Shown: positions 50,601 to 63,059 of the stretch, piece by piece | Position numbering within the stretch: position 1 is the first letter of the stretch | Layout: each line of letters opens with the position of its first letter | Source: Mytilus californianus | Lineage: Eukaryota | Length of the DNA: 64,000 nucleotides | Assembly (NCBI RefSeq): GCF_021869535.1 | Contig: NW_026262626.1 | Span: 27,218,001 to 27,282,000 of the forward strand | Direction of reading: 5' to 3' | Made by a program: the position numbers and the translations under genes | The notes under the pieces: model-generated | Database searches by the model: none | What the model saw: the letters and a program-made list of their open reading frames with translations, nothing else | What the model was told of the DNA's origin: nothing

Positions 50601-51817
50601 AGATATGCTATACAGCACCAAACGACAACCACTGAATAACAGGCTCCTCACTTTGAACACACCGCTACAGAATGTGTCGGGGTTAAACATGTTTGATGAC
50701 ACCAAACCCTATTCTGTCCAGTGACAGTGTTGTAACAGCACGACATAAGATCAAACTACAAGAATCAGTTCAAAAGCGCTTAACTAATCAGATCGATACA
50801 AAGCACATAAAAACACAAACAAAAATAGATAGACTCAAAGTACTGAAATGAGAGGATTCGAAGTTACTAAAAGCTAATTCAATACAGTTTAATTTTGCAA
50901 ACGATCCAGGTTGAAACTGTATATGGTAAAGTAACTGAAGGCTCAATACATTGATTCCTTGAATGCTCTTTTTGTACATTGGCTCGCGAACAACTGAAAA
51001 TAAGACTAAACTTTCTAAGGGAATTAAAAGCTGAAATTTTACTTTCTTGAGATAATGGGATGTCTTAAGATTTGAATGAAGAGATAGAGCCAATTCCCCT
51101 GTGCTTGTTTCACTCACAGGGTCAAAATATAAGAGTTGTCAAATTCTACTGGAAAATGAATGTTAAAGGGCCAAATCATATGCTGAAACTTTTCCAAAAC
51201 AAATTGACATATTTAAAAAAAATCAATATGATATGCAGCGCTTCATGTTGTCATTGAAAGCATTTTGATACAAAATAAAAAATTGTACATGCTTTTCTCA
51301 AATTTGGCATTTAAGCTCAGATTCAAGGCGTTGGTAACAAATGTGAATTAATTTGTATTTGCAAAACAATACATAGGTTTACTTCCAACAGAGATTCAAA
51401 TGTTAACGATGTCTGTCTAACTCTTGTATATTTGTGTGGGTTAAATATTTAACATTTCATTATCAAAATTGCAGACTTTCGGGTTGTCTTTTTTTTCTGG
51501 TCATCTGTTAAGAAAGCAAACCATTTTATCTGTACAGACCTCATTTAAGTATACATATTGGACTATGATGCAATGAATTTCAGTTAAGATTGATAGACTT
51601 TTTGAAAATGGTTCTGCTGTGATATAAAGTCAGAGAAATTGGCTGTCCCTCTTAGAAAAAATTTAAAGCGGGGAAAGTTTGACAAATGACAATGTAATAA
51701 CTAATGGTGGACAATAGATATATCAGATTAATATCAGATATAAGTTCTTATGTATCTGGAAGGTTTATAGATAACAAATAAATGAAATAAGCTATTCTTA
51801 AGTTTAATTTATTTTAT

Positions 51818-53573
51818 TTAGATTTTGAAGCCACTGAAGGTTGACCATTTGTCTCCGAACATGAATACACCTCCGCTTTGAACCCTGATAGATACTTTGT
51901 CATTTTTCTTCATTTGTAAAACAGCACTCTGGCTAGATGGCATTTCTGTAGATATTTTTCCAGCTGCAGCATAATTCCTTGCTACAATAGTGTCATTCAG
52001 TATTAATTGTGTGTAGAAAGTTTTGCCAGCGTAAGTAAGAACTGTCCAGGCAAAGAAGTAAAGACCTTCCACAGGTGCAGTGAACACACCAGTCGACTTA
52101 TCATATCCTCCACCGAGGTTGGTAGTAACAGTGTCGTACACAACAACAGATCCGGTACCAATATTCTGCAGTGTTTTCGAATTAAAAACCAGAAAACCAA
52201 CCTTTCCAAAACCTATTTAAAAAAAGGAATAGGGATCATATGTTCATTCAGCATTGTCAAATTGATTACAAGGAACGTGTTACACAATTATCAATTCTAT
52301 TTTAATTCATATTTTATATTATTTGTAACTTTTTATATTTCGAGTAATAATTTGCTTCAAAAGGAGTAGTATCATCTCCGCTAAAAAATCTGTCATGTGG
52401 GTTGCAATATTAAAATGTAACTTCTAAGCAGTAAACATTATAGAGGTCAATCTCTTAAACGACCGCTCTAGAAAGGCTGTGAATTAATAAAACAGAGACT
52501 ATAAAAAATCTCCTACAATCAACACAAAGTCCCCAAAATGACCAAGAAAAATCACTTTAAGACACGAACAAACAGCCATTAAACCGTTAACGAGATTCCT
52601 AACTATGGACATGCAAATGAACATGTGGCGTGGTCAAAGTAGGAATTTTGGATATAACCCCCCCCCCCCCCCTTTTACCATTTTAAGAGTAAATCATTTA
52701 TTGTTATTATATTCAAACTTACTCGCAGATGAAGGACTGTGGTTACAGTCACACTTTCCATCATTATCTTCCACTAGTTTCAACTGGTATTGAATACTCT
52801 TCATCAGACTTGCGTTCCTTGAACAGGATTTGTGACAGCTCCCACCTGATGTCAGGATGGCGGTCAGTATTGACGCAATGACGATGGCATTAACAAAGCT
52901 ACAAAAACAGTATTTATAACTTTAAAAATATGTATGTCTTTAAGGTTGTCTTAACAAAGATTGGAGACTACTGCAGTACCCAAGTTTGTGAATTTTTTTG
53001 TGGCTCTGCTCGCGTAGGTTTCCACATTTATAGTTCTCAAAAAGGATTTATGTCCATCACCGTGTGTTTCGTAAGGTGAATAATATGTGATTCAAATAAT
53101 ATTGATTACCCGTTTAATCAACCTCAAATTGATTATTTTTAGAATAATAAGCTGCCTACAATATAACATCTATGATACAGAAACTCTACAATTCAATTAA
53201 ACAAATTAGAGGTAAACATGAGCTTACCACAAACGTTAATATATAGTGTTACCATATAGCAAGCTTTAAATAGCTCGATACAAATATAAACAACCGATGA
53301 CAATGCTGCTCGTTTGGTACAGGCACATTGAAATGCCAACAAACTTCGTGTTAATTACGTCTAAAAAAGTTGATAGTTAGACGCATATGATAAGCAGAAA
53401 GTCCTAACGATTTCCCTTTTTCTTTAACTGTTTACGACTCGAATAAGTTTATATTATTTCGATCTAGATATGTTTGGTTTTTTTTTTCTTTTATTTCAGT
53501 TACATAGAAAATCCATATGCTTAATAGTTGTTTAAGTCAGTTATGGAACTCAAGATTTTTTTACTTACTTCAT
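51818..53573 (-). CDS. Secreted C1q-domain-containing protein (signal peptide, short Cys-rich segment, gC1q), 191 aa, copy 1
   Basis: Exons 53573-53569 (ATG AA|gtaagt), 52898-52723 and 52212-51818, with GT-AG introns and matching phases; 576 nt open. MNFVNAIVIASILTAILTSGGSCHKSC...VVVYDTVTTNLGGGYDKSTGVFTAPVEGLYFF...KWSTFSGFKI. Confidence 0.88.
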
Positions 53574-56500
53574 TTTTAATCCTTAGTATTGATGAATTAA
53601 AAAAATGCCGTGTTTATCTTGTATGAAGGTGTAATACAGACATTAAAAATGTAGTTCATTTGTAGACTTTTCATGTCACCTTGATGATGCAATCCAGATA
53701 TCAAAAAGGTTAATTGAAATCCATTTTTGGCAGAGTTTACAAAAACAAACAGCTGTTACGTTTTCTCGGAATTGCAATTCACGGTAAAAAAAAAATAAAA
53801 ACTAAAGCGCAATAACAAAAGGAACAGAGAATAACGCACAATAAAATTCAAAAATAGTTTCACTACCATTATTCCATTTTTTTCAAAGCAGCTATTTTTG
53901 TACGTGTCCGGAAAGCCAGACTTCACAGTATTAGTAATAGATAAAATATAGTACACTAATATACAGGGGAAATTTTACGACTACAACGAGTCTTGAAGAC
54001 TAGCCAATTTGGGTTAAAAGGGCTAAAATATATATAGTTCCCGTGCTTTTGAGACGTTTTGGTCACTTAACAAGTTCGGCCATAATCATTTTGACTAAAG
54101 TAGATGTTCATAACGTTATCATTTATATTGAGTGTTAAGACCTCGGGACCACTTCAATCTTATGTGGTAGAGATGAGCATCTGAGGCATCCTTTTTGTAT
54201 ATATAGAAGTAAACAAGAACTACGATATATGTATATCAAATTGTGTACCTTCATACTACTTCACTACGGAGGTACATCAAATTTGTAGTACATCAAATTT
54301 GTAGTACAAATCTAGTACTGTAAAATTATGGTACTAAAATAGTACAATAGTTTGAACGAACTACATCAATACTGCATTATTTAGGTTCATATTCGGTAAT
54401 GTAAAGCAATAGTCGTAAAATCGTACATGTGCCAAAGTATATGTGTAAGGATTGAAGCCAACACCACAAGCAGAAAATTAACGAATCAAACTTTTCTTTG
54501 TTGCCTTTAAAAAGTACTTCCCTCTCCTGGATCTTCTCAAGCAGTTAAATAATGTTTTTTATATTAATCATGTTAATATAATTCAAAATTAACAGGCTTT
54601 TAACTAGCTGTCAGTAACTGCGAGTACTCTCAAATCGTACTGTCTTGTTTATTTGACCTGTTGATACTAATTGGAATGCTTTTTTGTTTTTTAATGTTAT
54701 TCAGGGTTATATCTCGTCTATATACCAGCTTTGATAAGTGTTTGGTATTACTATAAATTTTCACTTCGTACTATGAACATCAAAATTATTTATTTTTTAA
54801 AAATATTTCCTTTCTCTATTGGAACTGTACACGTATACCTAACAACAAAATTATTTTCATTTACCTGTGTTTAAAGTTATTGCAAATGGCTGATATTTTT
54901 GTTCGAGCATATTGTTTTTCTTAAATTGTTTAACATTTCATACCGATATAACATGTTACTTTTATTATTCTTCCCTTAGTTTATTTATTTTGTATTAACA
55001 TTGTATCATAGGTCAAATTTATTTGTTCAGTGTATGTTCACTGGTGTTAATATGTCCTTTGATTGAGTTAAACTATTTCAGTTATTATCTTATAGTGTGT
55101 CTTTCTATGTTGTGATGTTACACTATTGTTTCAGAAAAAGGGTGAAGGTTTGGTACCATTAAAACGTTTAAACCCGCTGCATTTGTTTGCACCTGTCCTA
55201 AGTCAGGAATCTGATGTTCAGTAGTTGTCGTTTGTTGATGTGGTTCATAAGTGTTTCTCGTTTCTCGTTTTTTATATAGATTAGACCGTTGGTTTTCCCG
55301 TTTGAATGTTTTTACACTAGTAATTTTGGGGCCCTTTATATCTTACTGTTCGGTGTGAGCCAAAACTCCGTGTTGAAGACCATACTTTGACCTATAATGG
55401 TTTACTTTTATAAATTTTGACTTGAATGGAGAGTTGTCTCATTGGCACGCATACCACATCTTCTTATATCTATGTTACACCTGATTAATTATACAAATGG
55501 ATTGTTTTGGAGTTAAAAAGGCGTGTTTTTTTTTTCTCGAAATAATGTTTGGGTGTTTTTTTGTTTTTTTTTAAATAGTATACAAAATCGTCGTAATAAA
55601 CTTGATTGGCTTTTCCGAAATTTTAAATTCAACACTTGAAAACCTTTCAGTATACGGTGGACATTACTTCTAGAGTAATAAACACGTATGTTGCAATAAC
55701 TCAGACACCCAGATTAAACAGTTTAATGAAAATATAGACCAAACGAGTTTTCATAGAAAAGAGTGAAGAAACCGATTCAAAACGTTTTGTACATATTATA
55801 CAAAAAGTTACCAGGAAATGGCATTTTGTTTATATTAAAACTCTTTTTCTTAAAAACAGACAAATCCAGTACCGAGACTTTCCCCTATGTTTGTTTCACT
55901 GACAGGGTCAAAACATAAAAGTTGTCAAATTCTACTTGAAAATGAATGTTAGAGTGTCTATACCGTATGCTTATTTATTTTCAAAACAAATTTACATATT
56001 TCTTTAAACTCAAAATGGTATTCTACGCTTCCTGTTGTCATTGAAAGCATTTTGATACAAAATTAAAACATTTTAATGCATGTTCCTGTCAAATTTTTAA
56101 GCCCAAACTTGTGACGTTGCTAACCAATGTGGATTAATGATTAGTAGCAATACAATAGTTACTTAGATTTACTTCCAACATTTTCAAATTTTGATGATGT
56201 CTGTCTTGTCCAATTTTGTGGGTCAAATATTTACATTTTATAGCCAAAATTGCAGACTTTTGGATTGTGTTTTGGTGATCTGTTAGAAAGCAATCCATTA
56301 TATATGTGCAGCCTTAATTTGAGTATACACATTGGGCTATGACACTATGAATTTAGGTTAAAATAGATAGGCTTTTTGAAAAAGGTTCCGATGAGAAACA
56401 CATTGAGGGGAAATTGGCCTTCCCGTTTTGAAAAATTTTAATGCTTGGAAAATTTGACAAATGGCAAAAGGTCAAAAAGTATATCTGAGTTATATCAGAT

Positions 56501-56741
56501 ATAAGTTCTAGTATACGATTCTTTGATTGAGTGTTGGTTATGTAAAGTCTCGTTAATAAATGAATAATCCGGCTTCCTCTTTTGAAATTTTATTAATTAG
56601 GGGCTGGATGGAATTTACAGAATAGGGAATATTGCGAATAATAATAATGTAAAAAAAATAGATAAAAAATAAAGAATAGTTATGGATGGGGTGTTTGGAT
56701 AGAGAGAAAAGAGAATAATGGGCAAAAAAGAAAGAACACAT

Positions 56742-56798
56742 AGATACTTTGTAATTTTTCTTCATTTGTAAAACAACACTCTGACTAGATGGCATTTT
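56742..56798 (-). pseudogene. 57-bp remnant of the gC1q exon from a third C1q copy
   Basis: MPSSQSVVLQMKKNYKVSM matches MPSSQSAVLQMKKNDKVSI of copy 1. The flank 55700-56510 matches the 3' flank of copy 1 (50900-51750). Confidence 0.85.
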
Positions 56799-56985
56799 AT
56801 ATGTTTTGGAGTTTAGTGAGACGTCCATTTCCACTGAACTAGTACACATTTTTGTTATGGAGCCAACTGAAGCCCGCCTCTGGGTGCAGGATTTTCTCGT
56901 TGTGTTGAAGATCCATTGGTTGCTTTGGGCTGTTTTCTGCTCTTTGGTCGGGTTGTCGTCTCTTTGATACATTCCCCATTCGCAT
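56799..56985 (-). repeat. Family-D short interspersed repeat fused to the C1q remnant
   Basis: Minus strand atggggaatgtatcaaagagacgacaacccgaccaaagagcagaaaacagccc...ctaaactccaaaacatataaa runs directly into ATGCCATCT of the C1q fragment. It is absent from the intact C1q copies. Confidence 0.6.
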
Positions 56986-58049
56986 TCTCAATTTAATAAC
57001 ATATTCAAGCGACTCATCCCTACCACTCAGTACAAAGTAAGTGTTCCCCCTCCCCGCCTGGTTTGACAAACGATTGTTTTAATTGAAAGGGAATCTTTTT
57101 TAAAGAGGGATTTTGTCGTGAAGTTTGCATCTGCAGCTGCAGTGGAAGGGGTACCGTAAGTTCTGGTGACACTATAGTGGCGTTGATATGTACCAGCTTT
57201 TAGTATTTAAGCCTTTGATAGCTTACTATACGATTATGGGGTTTGTTCATTGTTTAAGGCAGTATGATAACTTGAAATTCTTCACAGCTTTAACATACTA
57301 TGAAAGTCCCCAGTTCCAAATAATTTTTCACTTTTAACATTTATACGCAAATCAGTAATAAAACAATCATTTGCCTTTTCAAATATATAATTCACTTATA
57401 ACTTCTATTATAAAAAATAGTTTGTTTCCCATTTATGCTTGCAATCATTAAATAATCAGCGAGATAGAAATGGTAAGACTTAAAATCTCCTTTACTTTTT
57501 AAATAATTGTCGCCATCTCAGATTTTCTTCCCGTAAGAAAAGGTCTTTGTTGTTGAACTAATTTCTAATTGTATAGTTTTTCATCAACTTAAAACACTTT
57601 TAAGTCTAAGGATATAAATAGTTTAAAAATCCTTTAGAATCTAAATTCAGATACATTATAATTCCCCAACACAATATACCGGAATCTTCAAATGGTCACA
57701 AGTTATAATATTGTACTGGTCTTCTTGGCGGTTTTGAGTGGTTATAATTTTATCACATAATAATGATAATGCGATTGTGTTTTCCATTATGCCAGGCTTT
57801 TTCTGTAGAAAAACTGTAATTGATGGTCTAAATTTGGTTAACAGAATAATGTGCCAAAAAATTAAAAAAATTGTATAAAAATGAAATATAAACACCTCAT
57901 CCATGCCATCCTAACTCAAACAATCAAACAGATGTAGCTTATCCGCTAGGATTTTCTAGGATTCCAATATGTTGGAAACAACAGTTCTTGAAATGATTAT
58001 ATGTAAAAATAAATGAAATAAGTCATTCTTAATGGTCAATTCATTTTAT

Positions 58050-59789
58050 TTAGATTTTGAAGCCGCTAAAGGTTGACCACTGACCTCCGTGCATGAATGA
58101 ACCTCCGTTATGAATCCTGATAGATACTTTGTCATTTTTCTTCATTTGTAAAACAGCTCTTTGACTAGATGGCATGTATGTAGACATCCCAGACGCTCCA
58201 GCATGATTCTTTGCTACAACCGTGTCATTCAGTATTAAATGTGTATAGAAAGTCTTGCCAGCTTGAGTAAGAACTGTCCAGGTAAAGTAGTAAAGACCTT
58301 CTACAGATGCAGTGAAGACACCAGTCGACTTATCATATCCTCCTCCGATGTTGGTAGTAACAGTGTCGTATACAACTACAGCGCCGTTACCAATATTCTG
58401 CAGTGTTTTCGAATTATATACCAGAAAACCAACCTTTCCGAAACCTAATTAAAAAAGTAATCGGTATCATATATTCATTCAGCATTGTCAGAACAATCAC
58501 AAGTACCTTGTGATTGGAAAATAACCAAGAAAATTACATTAATTCTTCATGCGAGGAGTCCAACATTAATTATTATTATTATTATTATTATTACTGTTAA
58601 ATTAATTAATTCAGAGATTAACACTAATTTTAGGGGTATTCATTGTTTATTATTTTTTTATATATATATATATTCCAGGTAAAAATTTGCTTCGAAGTGA
58701 GTAGTGCCATCTCCGCTAAATATTAGTAAATGTGGGTTTGAATATTAAAACGCAAGTTCGAGGCAGTACAAAATAAAGAGGGCAACAACAAATAGGTGTC
58801 TATACGGTAAGGTCAATCTCGACCCTTCTATAAAAGCTGTGAATTAATATAACGGAGACTATTATCAAAGTAGGAAACTTGGATATAACCCCTTCCCATC
58901 CCCATTTTAAGATTTAAGAATTTAATATTGTTATATTGAAACTTACTTGGAGTTGAAGGACTGTGGTAACAGTCACACTTTCCATCATTGGCTTCCACAA
59001 GTTTCAACTGGTACTGAATACTCTTCATGAGACTGGCATTCCTTGAACAGGATTTATGACAGCTCCCGCCTAATATCAAGATGGAGGTCAGTATTGCCGC
59101 AATGACGCTAACATTAGCAAAGCTACAAAACAGTATTTTTGATTCTAAAAATATATTATGTCTATAAGTTTGTCTTAACAAGTTTCTGAAACTTGCTTAC
59201 CCTCTGCTTGCATACGTTCCAATAGCCAGTTCACAAAAACTGATTGACATGCAGTTAATTAACAATTTGGGTGCATATGTACATCCGGGAGTGTGTGGTC
59301 ATGTGTAATAGGGTGAAGAATATGTGATCCAAATTTTGGATCTGAAATGATATTGTTTACCCGTTTTATTAACGTCAAATGCATTTATTTTAATTTTTGA
59401 AATAATAAATTGCCTACATTGAAACAATTCAGTAAAACAAATTAAAGATTAACATGATTTTACAATAAACTAATATATAGCTTTGCCATGAAGCAAGCTC
59501 TAAATCGCTTGATAAAAATATAAACAACTGCTGACGAGGCCTGGTGCAGGCACATTGGAATGCCAACAGACTTCGTGCTTCGCCTTAAAAAGTTGATAGT
59601 TAGGCGCAAAGAATAAGCAGGTAGCCTTAACGTTTTCTGTTCTTTAGGATGTTAAATACTAGAATAAGTTGCTGTCATTTCTATATATAGTTTATTTCTC
59701 TTTATTTATTTATTTCAATAACATAAAAAAATCATGCGCTTAAGCATGTTAATGTTTGTTATCGAACTCAATATGTTTACTTACTTCAT
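58050..59789 (-). CDS. Secreted C1q-domain-containing protein, 191 aa, copy 2
   Basis: Exons 59789-59785 (ATG AA|gtaagt), 59122-58947 and 58444-58050, the same sizes (5/176/395) and phases as copy 1, with no stops. MNFANVSVIAAILTSILILGGSCHKSC...GGGYDKSTGVFTASVEGLYYF...QWSTFSGFKI. Confidence 0.88.
58569..58593 (+). repeat. (ATT)n microsatellite in intron 2 of C1q copy 2
   Basis: About eight ATT units, absent from the matching intron of copy 1. Confidence 0.85.
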
Positions 59790-61732
59790 TTTGAATCCTC
59801 AGTTTTGATGAATTAAAGCAAGTGCCTTGCTTTTGTTGTTTGATTGTGTAATACACACATTGAAGATGTAGTTCACTTGACGACATTTTATATCACCATG
59901 ATCATGCAATCCAGATATCAAAAAGGATAATCGAAATCCATTTTTGGTAGAGTTTTCAAAAAACAAACAGCTGTTATGTTTTCCCAGAATTGCAAGTCAC
60001 GACAAAAAATAAATAAAATTTCTTCTGCACAATTTATAAAACTTAATGCTACTATTTACTCTGTAAATGCCAAAAATAAATATACTAAATATATACCCTT
60101 AGTTTAGTGGCTTGCTTCGTAAAGCGCAAGGGAGGGGGGCTTTCCAAATCAAACAATACAATGCGGAGGACTGGAGTCATTTTGATTATTTATGTCTCTC
60201 GGGATGTTGCCTCGTAGAATTATAGCGAACATCTCCTTTTTTTAAATTCATTAATATATGTCGGTTTTTTTGTTGTTGCTTGTTTTAGTTTTTTTTTTTT
60301 TAGCTTAGCGAAATAGTAAAAGGTACAGAGAATAACACACGATAAAATTCAAAATTAATTTCAGAAAAAGCACTTAACTACCAATGTTTCAATTGTTTCA
60401 AAGCAGCTATTTTTCTTTGGATGTGCCAGACTTCACGGTATAAGTATACTTGATATATAATATAGTACATAAAAAATAGAGAAAATGTTTAACCTATACA
60501 ATGAGTCATGAAGACAAGCCAATGTGGCTAAAGTGAGATATATCGTATATTTGGCGGTTAAACACTGTGTTTCGAATATTGTGTATTTCTTGTTTACATT
60601 GGTGGATGTTCTTATATGGTGTGCTTGACGGTTATGGCGTCTGTATGCGTGGTTACATATATAAAGGCTATGGAGATTTTTTGGCCACTTTACCAGTTTG
60701 GCCATAATCATTTCGGCCAATGTTAATTCGACCACACTATTGCATAATGTTCATAACGTTACTATATTTACATTGAGTGTTTAGACTTGGGTGGATTTCA
60801 ATCCTTTTGTGATAGGGTTGAGCAGCTGAAACATCCAGTAACCCACTCATTTCATATATTTTGTGAAACAAAACGCATATTCTCAAGCTTGAAATAGTAA
60901 CGCGGCTAATCCATACCACTCAGTAAAAAGAAGTTGCCCCCCCCCCCCCCCCCAAAGTTTGAAAAACGACTTTTTTTTTAAAGAGTGATTTTGTCATCAA
61001 GTGTGCATCTACATCTGTGGAAGGTATATATCGTAACTTCTGGTGACATCAGAGTGGAGTCTGTAGAGATTTGTATTCACCATTTTGAGGTATCGGAGCC
61101 TTTGGTAGCTTACTATACGATTATGGATTTTGTTCATTGTTTCATGCCTTATGATAGCTTGAAATTGTTCACATCTTTGCTCGTCGGTCTATAATATGAA
61201 TTGTTGTCTCATCGGCAATCATACCAAATCTCCTTATTTTTAAGGTTTGTATGCAGGACTTAAAACGACACGCGCCATTTCAGCACATTATTTTGACTGT
61301 CGATTATCATAGAGAGGTATAGGCATGCATTATACTCTTAGTAACATATTATTGCGTAAAACAAACTGAAACAATAAAGCAAATAAAAATGAATATCCAA
61401 AATGGGAGATTAGTTTCAGTCATAATTAAAAAATAAGTTTAGCGGATACTAACATACATTGGTTAGTGAAATTCTTGTAACAATGCAAGCTGTTTGAGCA
61501 GTCTTTTTGTATCCGCTAAACTTATATTGTATTATTGTCTAACTTTGACAGAATTTTTCTGTTTGTTTTACGCAAGATATTACAAATCCATCTAGAAAAT
61601 AATATAAATATTTTATTAGATAAAGCACATTTACATATGATATATATAATGCGTATTCCAAGTGTATAACATATAAAAACATGACAAATAATGCAAATAC
61701 AGCATAATACATTTACAAGTCATATATAATAT

Positions 61733-62766
61733 GTAGGACTCAAATCTATGGTGGGTTCCAGATCTATGGCAGATCCCTAATCTATGGCAAATATGACGCC
61801 ATGACATCCCAAATCTATGGCAATTATGACGCCATGCCGTCCCAAATCTATGGCAGATTTGTTACAATCCTAATCTATGGCAAGTTTTGTAATTTCCTAA
61901 TCTATGGCGAATTTTTGTTGTTTCCAAATCTTTGACAAATTTTGTGCATATGGAAAACAAGGCAGTACATATACGACCGATGCCTTTTCTTAAACAAGTG
62001 AAAATGTATGAAAACGGACTTCAGGATTAAAATGATGCGCCCCTGAAAAATAAGCATTTCTTATCTGTGCATGGTACCTGTTTAGTCTATTTATTAAACC
62101 AACTAATAAAAATGGTAGTCCCATGACAAAAAAGAAAGCAGTTTTTTATGAAAAGAATTAAACAGTTTAATTTTTCATATAATATTTATTTGAGCGTTAA
62201 TCATTTTTTTTTTTAACTAATGACGATTTAAGTCAAAGTGGTATCCTGTAGTTTCATCTCTCACTGTATATACTTTGCCAGGCGTAGATGCTAAAATATA
62301 AATTATAACTCCTTTCCTAAAATATCTACTACTAAAAACAGCCGTGCCTTTGTTCATCGCGGGATTCGGACAGTACAGCACATCTTCCTTTAAACCATCG
62401 GCAAATTGTTTTTAGAGGGAGAGTGTTTCCCTGTGTTTTTGTTTGTAAAAATTTGAAATCTGTGAGCTCCGTGTTAAATATTTGTTTTTGGTTTACATCA
62501 TACAATTAAAAGAAAAAAAATATAAATGGTGTTCAAATCTATGCCGGTTCTGCCAACATTAGCGCCGGCGACGACGACGTAATTATGGCGTTATTTAATT
62601 GTGACGCTATATGTTACTCTTTTCCCCGGAAAATTACGCAATTTCAAGATCTGCCATAGATTTGGAGAAAACAAAAAACTGCCATAGATTTGATTTGTAA
62701 CGTCATATTTGCCATAGATTAGGAATTTGCCATACATTTGGAACCCACCATAGATTTGAGTCCTAC
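61733..62766. mobile_element. 1034-bp non-autonomous Mutator/MULE-like element
   Basis: Termini GTAGGACTCAAATCTATGGTGGGTTCCA.../...TGGAACCCACCATAGATTTGAGTCCTAC, with TIR similarity over about 65 bp. A 9-bp direct repeat ATATAATAT lies at 61724-61732 and 62767-62775. There are subterminal AATCTATGG repeats (about 7 left, 5 right). Confidence 0.85.
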
Positions 62767-62786
62767 ATATAATATAATCATCTACA

Positions 62787-63059
62787 TAGATATAGGAAGA
62801 TGTGGTATGAGTGCCAATGAGACAACTCTCCATCCAAGTCACAATTATAAAAGTAAACCATTATAGGTCAAGGTACGGTCTTCAACATAGAGCCTTGGCT
62901 CACACCAAACAGCAACCTATAAAGGGCCCCAAAAAATTACTTGTGTAAAACCATTCAGACGGGAAAACCAACGGCCTAATTTATATAAAAAACGAGAAAC
63001 GAGAAACAATTATGAATCACATAAACAAACGACAACTACTGAACATCAGATTCCTGACT
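62787..63059 (-). repeat. Family-A repeat copy, truncated
   Basis: tagatataggaagatgtggtatgagtgccaatgagacaactctccatccaagtc...cagattcctgac. Confidence 0.9.

Noticed and set aside
52131-52150. Suspected 2-bp frameshift in C1q copy 1
   Set aside because: Re-reading gives gga tct gtt gtt gtg tac gac, in frame and the same length as copy 2.
53223-53255. Alternative first exons for the C1q genes (53228-53255; 59201-59213; 59464-59489)
   Set aside because: Phases are wrong or inconsistent between paralogs, whereas ATG AA|GTAAGT is conserved in both and has the required phase.
60937-60953. Long C/G homopolymers as G-quadruplex elements (also 52658-52674)
   Set aside because: They are not conserved as runs in the paralogous positions, and homopolymer length is error-prone.
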